Counted from the stretch's first letter, positions 26,971-39,661 are shown. The stretch: DNA of 46,090 nucleotides from Perkinsus chesapeaki ATCC PRA-425 (GCA_013115145.1 JAAPAO010000258.1:1-46090), one strand, 5' to 3'. Made by a program: numbers and translations. Notes: generated by a model from the sequence alone, not told the origin.

Positions 26971-27045
26971 GCTTATTGAGCAAACACATATAACAAGCGC
27001 TCCAGTAACACTGGAGCGCTTGTTATATTTTGGTGCTCAATAAGC
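26971..27045. repeat. 75-bp near-perfect inverted repeat (fold-back)
   Basis: Left arm GCTTATTGAGCA-aacac-ATATAACAAGCGCTCCAGT, loop AAC, right arm ACTGGAGCGCTTGTTATAT-tttgg-TGCTCAATAAGC: a 19-bp perfect stem, a 5x5 internal loop and a 12-bp perfect stem. Confidence 0.95.
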
Positions 27046-27149
27046 GACAGTGTAGGAACATCTGCTTGGCTTCCACAACAGAGCTGGACTGGTGAGCCGT
27101 GTTTCCTCCTTATCCTATATGGGACAAGGGTGTTTCAAACGTTAATTAA

Positions 27150-27400
27150 TCAATTGATAATCAATTGCCGACAATCCCTATCGGCTTGTTCCGTAAACTC
27201 TAATGAGAATACGAGTAACCTTCGCCAGTACGAATCCCCAACCGGAGAATTCGCGGTCAGCGGGCGAAGTCAACAGCTGACCCTTTAGATGAGTTAATTC
27301 GGGTTTCGGATACACCCTAAGGGTGCTGCCCCAATAGAGGGCATACACATAGGCACGGACAGGAGGTGTCACGGTACTTATTTGAGGGAAATATGGTATG
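27150..27400 (-). ncRNA. Structured non-coding RNA; candidate telomerase RNA core (template + pseudoknot); transcript ends unknown
   Basis: Minus strand 5'->3': hairpin 27343-27327, hairpin GCACCC-UUA-GGGUGU 27326-27312, AU, CCGAAACCCGAA 27309-27298, 15-nt linker, then an H-type pseudoknot with two perfect 7-bp stems (27282-27276/27261-27255 and 27269-27263/27226-27220) and further hairpins. Several G-U pairs work only on the minus strand. The structure is seen in sequence; the telomerase identity is inference. Confidence 0.55.
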
Positions 27401-27810
27401 CGCACGCGTGCAAATACTGCTTGCTGTGCAGCCTCTGCAGTTCCCAAGGAAGGCCAAAAGCATAGCACCCAGTCGCTACACAACTTATGCAGAGCGAGTT
27501 CCCTGTGCTTCGGTTACCATTGTGAGGGTGGGGTGTAGAATTCGTGAAAACATAACCCTTTGCCCGGTGCGTACAACGTGAGCAAGCAAAAACGAACATC
27601 GCGGGAGCACGAGCTGGGTGTCGGAGTGTAACTGTTGCGATGCATCGAATAAAATAGCCATAGCTCGCCACTTTCGGTCATTTTAGATACCCCATACTGT
27701 ATAACGCGATAGATGTAGATGCATTATCATACTTATGAGGTAAAATGTGAAACACTGAATTCATCTTGGCCAAACTGATGCACTAACCAATATCCATGGC
27801 CGACTCTGCC

Positions 27811-28981
27811 TCAGCTATCACGCTTGCGCTTGCCCGTCTCGTTATCGCCTGTGGCTTCTTTCGGCATGTTGTTGCTCGCCCAGAGACACTGCTGAACCTG
27901 CGGGATTCCCGCAGCGGGAATGGTCGCTTGCACAGGCGTTTTAAGTTTACCCTCTCAGCGGTCCAGTCGGCCTCGTTTTCGGACATTTTGTGAAGCTCAG
28001 CAGCTGTCTGCGCGATATGGCCGAAAACAGCTTTATACGTTGGGAGATCGTATCTGAAAAAACGGGGCACTAAGGGAAGCCTTCACTCAGTTGGCCTACT
28101 TCCGTGGGACATCGCAAGCTAGAATAGCTTCGTCACTCATGAATGGAATACTCGGATCCCGAGTAGAGAGCACTGCACTTGCTGTTGCTACTCCAACTCC
28201 TAAAATTCTACCAAGTAAAACACGATGTCGAGAACGGGTCGAACAGAGCATCCGTGTAACCATGTAATGGAGATTTGTCGTACCTCTAAGAGCTGTGAGC
28301 GCTACCACAGCTTCGATCAGGTTCCCTCGGGCTAGCTGAAAGGCCTATCACGGGCTTTCGAATTCAAGTGGAGCTACTTCCTCCGTGGCTGCTTTCCATG
28401 CATCCGCGACGGCCTTTTCTGAGTTCCCTTCGACCTACATGAGGAACAGGGATGACAAGCCAAGAGAACTGGTGGATTCGATCACTGAAGTCACCGAATA
28501 GTGGTCGACTCTGCGTCTCGAGAGTTTTCGTACTTGCTACGCTCAAGCTTGCAACAATTGGATAAAGTTACGATATTTCCAACGAGGCCACCCGAGGATA
28601 CCATCTTCATCAAGGGTCGGAATTTTCCTCTCGTGATCTTCCACTTCACGATTTGCTTGAGACTCTCGCGGCTGAGATTTTCATCAGAGTCGCCAAACTG
28701 AACACAACGGTCGCTCCCGCCGAGATCGCGGAGAGCTTCGGGGCCTTCAGACCGAGAGCACAAATCACCTGGCGACGCGCCTCGTCTAATTCGCGCAGTA
28801 ATGGCCAGGCCTTTCGTTTCTTGCCAACCACCTATGGAGACAAGCAACTGGGTTCACGGAGGTTTGTGTGACATTAAAAGGCACGCCTCACCTCGAGCGC
28901 CGATTCATAGCCTTTTTCAGCAGCTTTCCAATCATCGAGAGAACGACTCTGGATTAGCCTACCAGGGGGATAATCGGGCAT
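27811..28981 (-). CDS. Amun-like protein (helix-hairpin-helix DNA-glycosylase-like fold, uncharacterised family)
   Basis: Seven exons stitch in frame: MPDYPPGRLIQSRSLDDWKAAEKGYESALE|VVGKKRKAWPLLRELDEARRQ|FGDSDENLSRESLKQIVKWKITRGKFRPLMKM|VEGNSEKAVADAWKAATEE|LARGNLIEAVVALTALRG|VGVATASAVLSTRDPSIPFMSDEA...RK|YDLPTYKAVF...DWTAER|VQQCLWASN..*. The motifs WKxxRGKFRP, LxGVGxATASAVL and PFMSDEA typify the Drosophila Amun-related family. Confidence 0.8.
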
Positions 28982-29076
28982 TCAATAGTTCGAAAGGCAC
29001 GGGATGAGGCAGACAGTAAAACTGTGACGAGGGAAAACTTCGTAGTACCAACACTGCGCTGGCAGCGCAAATAAAG

Positions 29077-29149
29077 AGCCTTCTGCCGGAGTCGAACCGA
29101 CGACCTCCCGCTTACTAAGCGGGTGCTCTACCAACTAAGCTAAGAAGGC
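29077..29149 (-). tRNA. tRNA-Thr(AGT)
   Basis: GCCTTCTTAGCTTAGTTGGTAGAGCACCCGCTT-AGT-AAGCGGGAGGTCGTCGGTTCGACTCCGGCAGAAGGCT: acceptor GCCTTCT/AGAAGGC, anticodon stem CCCGC/GCGGG, T-loop GTTCGAC, 73 nt, no intron. Confidence 0.98.
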
Positions 29150-29419
29150 TTAACTAAACTTTAAGCAGTAACACCCTATTCGTACTCTGTACTCCAACCG
29201 TATAAACTCGCGTGATGTTCGGTAGTCCAATTTAGAACTTTTAACTTGATATCAGAGTGAGATTAGAGACTCGCAGTCAATTCGATTTTGCGATCAATTT
29301 CAACACTAAGAATCGATCAATCGAACGACTCTCATTCCACCCGAGATTAAACCACACACGTAATCATCCCAGACTAGCAATAAAGCGCTGGTTCAAAGTT
29401 TCACGCTCACGCTCACGAT

Positions 29420-30560
29420 AAACTGCGACTTTCATGCATCCCCTGTATGACTGACTTACCAACACAACACCAGTACGAATTTTGTAAATACAAGGGGGTA
29501 TTACAGTGTTTACCGTAGATACGTTTATTATAACCCCGACGACAGAATCCCTCCAAGAGGCAATTCGACGTACTATTTATGCATAACTAATATTGGTCGA
29601 GTTATTCTCAACTTGCATATAAGTCAATAGCATCATGCAAAACTAACCAAACTACCACACCATCAGCTTCACCGGTAGCAGTTAGAAATGCGTGATGTTT
29701 GAATCGATAGTCTTTGAACGATAGCAAACGCTATTGTCAGCAGCAACATGCGAATCACAATCATCATAGCAACTCGGACCTTACAGCCCGAATAAGGCAT
29801 ATCTAATCTCAACGGACTTGAACTTTATGTTCTCACTTGTATAACGGTATCAACCAAAGGACAGCATAATAGTCTACCAGATCTCAGAAAGTGAACCCGA
29901 CCAGCATCGTCTAGTGGCTTCAATCCACTTTTTCTCAGCCACTTCAGAACAACACTTATAGCGGCAGCAAAATATCTCATATTGAAGTCTTAAATGATAC
30001 GGGTAAACTATTTACAACTTTCCGAAATAATTAGCAAACAATTGTACTGAAAGTGGTGATATCATCTTCTACAACAACTATTTATGTTAATAAAAACCAG
30101 CACTAATATAAGGCTCCATTTACGATGATCATCATCAGCGGCCATCCGCCTATAATAATATCTATACAAAATAGAAGGCCCCTGCGAGCCTTCACGACCA
30201 CCACGTATTTGATTATGCGAGCCCACATAGCTGGCAACGCACCACGTATTGACTACGACAGACTACGACAAAGACTATAACAATAATCGATCAGTGTAGC
30301 AGCAGCAGCCACCAGTAGCACCATTGGACACTAATCGTTATGAGGATAGAGGAGCAGAGCAGTAAATGAAAATGGAAAATATTGGGCTTAGGTAGCCTGG
30401 CATCTCCGCAATAAGTATGTCGATACCGAGGCACCACCTATAGGATTGTAATAAGAAGAATAATAATAAGGAGGTTTGCAATGTCGATTAACACTCCCAG
30501 TGACGACTAAGGCCACAAGGAGATCTACTACGACAGTCAAAGACAATAGGGAATCACTAC
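29420..30560 (-). CDS. Possible unannotated multi-exon hypothetical gene (short exons only)
   Basis: Exon-like segments with AG/GT edges and protein-like reading: MRYFAAAISVVLKWLRKSGLKPLDDAG (from 29980), RLLSFKDYRFKHHAFLTATGEADGV (29730-29656), WCLGIDILIAEMPGYLSPIFSIF (~30440-30370). No complete model was built. Confidence 0.3.
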
Positions 30561-30737
30561 AAGACGACCTACAGAGTTCTGTAACAGAACAACACCAACG
30601 TCAGTTGCAGCAGCACCACTATGACGGCATGTCAGAGTAGTGAATTGCTGTGCAATATATTATTAATTCGCTATGATTGCCGGCATGTGGTGCTGCCGAA
30701 AATGATGGTTGCTCTGTGGCCGTCAAAGCGGTGAGGT

Positions 30738-32430
30738 CTATTGTAGGGGGAAACGAGCGAGCTCCTGAAATGAGCTGAAAGACCAACAGTGGGGCGACGG
30801 CTTACATTGAACAGGTGTGGCCCTTGGGTCTCCAGACTCTTACTGCGGAAGGTCCGCTGGTACACAACAAGGTCCCACTTGGTTATCGATTGATACTCGG
30901 ACGGGGGACAGCCACTGAACGAGCCAGGGAACGATGATCGAAGCACTAAGACGGGCGGTGGAGGCTTGCTGCTTACAGCTTCTCCTTGTAGAAGTCAAGC
31001 ACAGCTTGACCCTCCTTTCCCAGTCTGTTCTTAGCCAGGGTCAAATGAGCACGTCTCTTGAATCTAATAGTATCTGACTCGACGTCATTCAACTCCTACA
31101 CCGTACCCAGTGATGATGATGCACCTTCAGCAAGGCCGTTGATAGCAGCACGAACTCCATGGGAAACGCTGTCGTAGTTGACACTCAGTAACACACACCT
31201 GAGCATTGCTATCGGATCGCTGACGGTTAAAGGTGTTCCTACCCATCCGGCGACACAACGGAATTCTCCACCTTCACCACCGGGCCAGCGACGATCGGTT
31301 GCTGAGGAAACATGAATACAAGAGATAGAGTGAAACAGCAGCCTACCAAAGAAGGATCTATCACGACAGCAGCAGCAGCAGCAGCAGTAGCAGCTGCTGC
31401 TGCTGCTGTTGTATCGCATCCTTTACGCGGAGATTTCTCCAGTTGAGCACCTTCCGCCTTCGCTGGAAGACCAGAGTAGTTGCAGCTCGCGGCAGTTACC
31501 TGATGAGTTATCGGATATGACTCCACCGGACAATACGTCAGCACCGTTTCAATTCATATCCTTACAACTTACTCGATGATGACAAAGATTAAATGTAGCG
31601 TTTTCGAAAGTCGTAACCGATTGGATATTTCCATTCCCATGGACTCTGACCCCAGAATTCACTTCATCAACCGAAGGTGGAGATTCGAAGGAGCTATTTT
31701 TCCGCTGGCGATTGATTCTGGCGACTCACCATGCTAGCCAGACTGCTGCTAGGCGATTGCTCGTCGTCCTTGTCTTCCTCTTCTTCAGCAGCCGTGTTGT
31801 AGAGGGAGGAGACGGTACTGGTACTGCCAGTACTGTGAAGTATTGGCAAGGATGATGCGGTAAGGTGATGATGATCTCCAACGCCGTCAACACAGCAGCA
31901 GCAGCAGTCAGTGTTATTATTCTCCAAGGTGGACAAGAATGCCCAATGGAGCTCCAGGAGGATAGCTAAGCAGCGGAGAGTAAGGAATCTTTTAAGAGCA
32001 CGAAAACCCACCTTGAACCTCCTCTGGAGTCGCCTTGAAAAAGCCTGTAACGCTTGAATGCAAGCCATAAAAGTAGCTCTCGTCAGCCCCAAACTCCTCC
32101 CGTGCCTGATCACTTCAACAATGCTTCCCAATCCTATCAACACTTCCCAACCTCATCTCTAGCATCTTTCAGCTTTTTGTAAAGCTGAGAATCCTTGTGA
32201 GGCTCCACATAAATTATTATTTCTTGTTTATCTTCATCTGGTCTTCGCCGTCTACAACACCCTTCCTCGAGACCACTAGCCACCTCTAGCCCTTCTTGAC
32301 TCGTCGTTCCATCCCCTCCTGTTGCCTGCCGTTGACATGCAATATTAGAAACGATAGTAGTAGCAGTGGCGGCGGCGGCGGCGGCGGCAGCAGTAGTTGC
32401 AGCCATATTTGGATACTCTTGTATAACGAT
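30738..32430 (-). CDS. 2H phosphoesterase of the UBASH3/Sts N-terminal type with low-complexity insert; N-terminus may extend to ~33050
   Basis: Spliced exons: QEIIIYVEPHKDSQLYKKLKDARDE|AREEFGADESYFYGLHSSVTGFFKAT (first HxS), ...SPDGCVLLSVNYDSVSHGVRAAINGLAE|DTIRFKRRAHLTLAKNRLG (second HxT), ...KWDLVVYQR...|ELARFPLQ* (TAG 30738-30740). The layout parallels the UBASH3 2H domain (EYVLYLxP...PHITLxxFF...LHVTLA...WxxxLYSR). Confidence 0.7.
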
Positions 32431-33400
32431 TTCCAGGCCCAGAGGCCGGATAAAAGGCTCAGGCTGCGAGAGAGCACCGTCACAATGTCTGCTGCTGTCC
32501 CCTTGGTGAATATGAACACAACAGCAAGGCGACTATGTAATGCCACTGGTGAGACAGCTGAACTGTAGTAGAAGGCGGGGGCGGCGGCAACGATGCAGGC
32601 AGTAGCAGCCACTGGGGGAGGTCTTCATCTTTCTTCTTCTTGTTGTTGATGATGATGTTGTCGTCCTCAAAGATATTACTACCAGCGAGGCGGAAATGTT
32701 ATACAAGGAAACAGTGTTAACAGTAGTAAAAGGATTGAGCAGGGTGATAGAGAAGAAAGTGGCCACTAGACGACAACAACAACAACGGCAGTGATGGCAG
32801 CAACAGCAGCAGATGCTTAGCCATAGTCTCTCCCACTAGCCGCCTGAGTAGACGCCGTTAAAGACAGGTTTAACAACTCTACCTCATCATCACCACCACA
32901 ATGCACCTTCCAGATTGGGAATAAACAAGTTGCTGCTGTTGTTGTTGTTGATGTAATGTAACATATATTATTAGCCGTATGATTATGATAGCTGTACAAG
33001 GCGTAGCAGTGGAATGTGATGACGTTGGATAACAATAGCAATTGTTGTTATCACTACGGCGGCGGCGACGCCGTTATATATTATACAGCTTACTATGGCT
33101 GTAAAGGAGAGAGGGAGGTTAAGCCACAGTAGGCGGCGGCGTCAAGATCGGCTAATAGCATACAATAACAACACCAAACAACAGCATTACCCGCAAACCC
33201 GGAGGAGGTTAACTAACAGCAGCAGCAGCAGTTGTCGACGACGTCGTCGTCAGCGACGGAAACAACATCAGCAATAACGGTAAGAAGAGGAGAAGAAGAA
33301 GAACGACCAAGAATACATACAGGACGACAGTAGTGGCTTGCTCGCGACGTAAGACTTGTTGTTGTTGTTGTCGATGATGATGATACAATCACCAACAGGA
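31367..33400. repeat. Trinucleotide-microsatellite-rich zone: (CAG)n/(CTG)n, (GGC)n, (CAA)n, (GAT)n, (GAA)n
   Basis: Examples: (CAG)7-TAG-CAG-(CTG)5 at 31367-31408, (GGC)n at ~32368-32388, and (CAA)/(GTT) runs at 32770-33370. Confidence 0.85.
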
Positions 33401-33410
33401 ATCAGAACAA

Positions 33411-37169
<3,759 letters not shown>

Positions 37170-37753
37170 CAAACGAGTACAACTACGAAGATACCTATCA
37201 CCTCAGATCCTCACCTCCCGTTAAATTTAACTTATGTAGATATTCATATTTGGTATCTTAGGTCGAAGCGCGTCAAACGCGCGAGAGCTCGAGGATCCCT
37301 TAAGATACCCGACTGATCTCCCTTTCAAAAAATGGGCTTAAAATGAAGTTCAATGCTCTCGCAAGGAAGCCAGAATCCCCAAGGCGAATTCGGCACGAGC
37401 CCTCCTCAGCCACCAGCCGCCGTGCTCGTTGACACCACAAAAATCCAAGTACATGAACTGCTTCGCTCCGCCTGTTCGCTTCTCGCCCGCCATATTGATC
37501 GATTACCCCTTCAATCGCTGCCAAACTACCTGCATCAACCCCTTCGGAGACTTCCTGCCAAGGTAGTGCTGGGATGGCGGCTTATATAACACTTGCGGGT
37601 TACTCTAGAGGGCTAGTAGGGTATTACAGCTTTGGCCGTTCCTTCGTTTTGTAACTGGTATCTTTCGGTGAGGTTTTTGGACGTGGCAGACTTGTAAATG
37701 TGCGGGTCCTCCAGCTAGTGTGACTTGGGTAATGTGGTTGTTGTTACTGTCAG

Positions 37754-38249
37754 ATGGTACGTGTGTCTGTGTTGCGTGACTGCCTCAACTCAATCCTTAA
37801 CGCCGAGAAGGCCGGTAAAAGGCAAGTCCTCGTCCGACCTTGCTCTAAGGTCATCGTCAAGTTCTTGCAGGTCATGCAAAAGAACGGTAATAATAATTAT
37901 AGTCACAACTCAAGTTTTATTGGCGGTCTCCTGTTGTAGGATACATTGGCGATTTCGAGATCGTCGATGATCACCGTTCCGGTAAGATTGTTGTCAACCT
38001 CAACGGCCGTATTAACAAGTGCGGTGTCATCTCGCCTCGTTTCGATATCGAGACCGGTGACATTGAGCAGGTAGGAATGAGAATAGTCTATAGTAGGTTA
38101 TAAAATTTACTCTCTTTCAGTTGGCTTCCGATCTCTTGCCCTCTCGCCAGTTCGGCCACGTTGTCCTTACTACTCCCTACGGCATTATGGACCATGAGGA
38201 GGCCCGTCGCAAGCATACCGGCGGCAAGGTTGTCGGCTTTTTCTTCTAA
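37754..38249 (+). CDS. RPS15A: 40S ribosomal protein S15a (uS8)
   Basis: Three exons: [45 protein letters not shown]|[37 protein letters not shown]|[42 protein letters not shown]. Confidence 0.98.
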
Positions 38250-38699
38250 GTCGGGTAATCAACAGACGACCTTCGACTTGATGAGGGAATCAATAAAGCT
38301 CCACCGCCGCTACTATCATAGCCACAGTTGCTGCTGCAGTTGACTCTCTGGGGTTTCGAAGGAGGTTTCTCCAGGAAGGCAGCTTTTTGATTGTTGTGTT
38401 ATGTATTTATATCGGGGGACAAAGACAGAGAGCAGAAAGATATCGCTGAAAAAGGTGGCTTTGTTCTAGAAAGATAAAATCGAAGGGCGTTGTGGGGAGC
38501 AAGTATAAGATTTAGGTCAGGCAGTAAGCTGCTCGTTGATCAGAACCATCGCAGGGCTGTAGGCTACGGCCTGTAGTTTTTCGCGTGTAAGAGAGAACAG
38601 CCAGAGTAACCCGGGGTGGATTCATGCTTAGAACTGACGGCCGCGCTGATCAATTGTGAATAAACTGCATATCCTATGTTCCAGCGGATCGCGACAGGT

Positions 38700-38786
38700 G
38701 CACTGGTGACCCGGGCTGGTGCTCGGCCAGGACTTCAAATCCTGGGGTGTCGGGAGGCACAGGCGCTCGATTCGCCCTCCGGTGCG
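38700..38786 (+). tRNA. tRNA-Sec (selenocysteine, anticodon TCA), eukaryotic 9/4 fold
   Basis: GCACTGGTG AC CCGGGC-TGGT-GCTCGG CCAGGA-CTTCAAA-TCCTGG G GTGTC-GGGA-GGCAC A GGCG-CTCGATT-CGCC CTCCGGTGC G. It has a 9-bp acceptor stem with U-U, a 6-bp D stem with 4-nt loop, a UCA anticodon, a long variable arm, a 4-bp T stem and a G73 discriminator; 87 nt. Confidence 0.93.
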
Positions 38787-39661
38787 TTCTACTGGATTTA
38801 TCTCCTTTGTGTAAGGCATCTTGACTGTTTGGCTCGCCCAGGTATTCCTGTAAGCCGGTAATACTTCAAAACCGTGCGGTTTTATCACTGCACCCGCTGC
38901 TGACACATCCGAGAGTTAAACACATCCACCCGTTTAAGCAGGGTAAATTACCATTGATACGCGTTTCGTGGCTTGCAAGTACGTGAATAGTTAGTATCTC
39001 CTATTCCCACAAGCGCCTGATCTTGGTCTACTGTACAATGCTCACTACGTAGCTATCTCGCATCGGTCACTGCAACCTCGAGATGTCAGTACATAGCATT
39101 AATCACACGTATCACAGTATTTGATAGATATTACTCTTAACCACATTGAATGTTAAGTGTTAACGAGAAGTGCAGCAAAGGATTTGTTCATAGATATCAA
39201 GGACTATCGGCAAGAAAATACCGAAGAAACAAGGGCGACGGCAAAACCTTGTTGTTGCGATGTCGTCGAGTCGATGATCTTCTACGTCCCCATAACCGAT
39301 AAATGTAGAGGCGGACGTTTTCGTCCTCCACATGCATTCCCGTGATATGATAGATTGTCAATACCCTGCTCCATGTGTTAATTTGATCGCACTATGCACC
39401 TCCTTGCCGTGACACGTCTGTGCTTCCTGTCTTTATTGCAGCCGCGTGACACAATCTCTGTCTCCCTAATCATTCAGTAATCGAAAGTAAGTGTGCGCTA
39501 ACTAGCGATCTGGCATGAGGAGCGCTCGATTGGGCTCAAATACCTGGCTTGAGAAATGATGTGCGGTTGTTAATTGTGACTTCTAGGATGAGGAGTATGG
39601 TTATACAGACAATTAACCGGCGGCCACTCAGTTATTTAAGAGACCTACTGATAAGATTATA

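Noticed and set aside
27280-27290. -1 ribosomal frameshift signal (AAAGGG + pseudoknot)
   Set aside because: The heptamer is non-canonical, there is no spacer before the stem, and no ORF pair spans it.
27228-27540. RNase MRP on the plus strand (GAATCCCC ... GGGGTGTA P4-like pairing)
   Set aside because: CR-I is short of the GAAAGUCCCC consensus, there is no clear P3, and G-U pairs favour the minus strand. Infernal should still exclude it.
28950-28965. Ultra-short 14-nt intron GTAGGCTAATCCAG in the Amun-like gene
   Set aside because: Recounting the G5 run shows ATG 28981 is already in frame, so no intron is needed.
31090-31130. Stop-codon readthrough at an in-frame TAG in the 2H gene
   Set aside because: A 51-nt phase-1 GT-AG intron removes the TAG and keeps the frame.
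37420-37570. U1 snRNA resemblance on the minus strand (ACTACCTTGGCAGG ... ATTTTTGTGG)
   Set aside because: It lacks the invariant 5' AUACUUACCUG and correctly placed stem-loop I/II motifs; likely coincidental.
38628-38906. ORFs 38628-38906 (-) and 38676-38861 (+)
   Set aside because: They overlap the tRNA-Sec gene and have no protein features.
39274-39320. Second SECIS-like candidate (ATGATCTTCTAC...GTAGAGGCGGAC)
   Set aside because: Helix II is only ~7 bp, the apical AA is too far from the core, and no upstream TGA-containing CDS was found.
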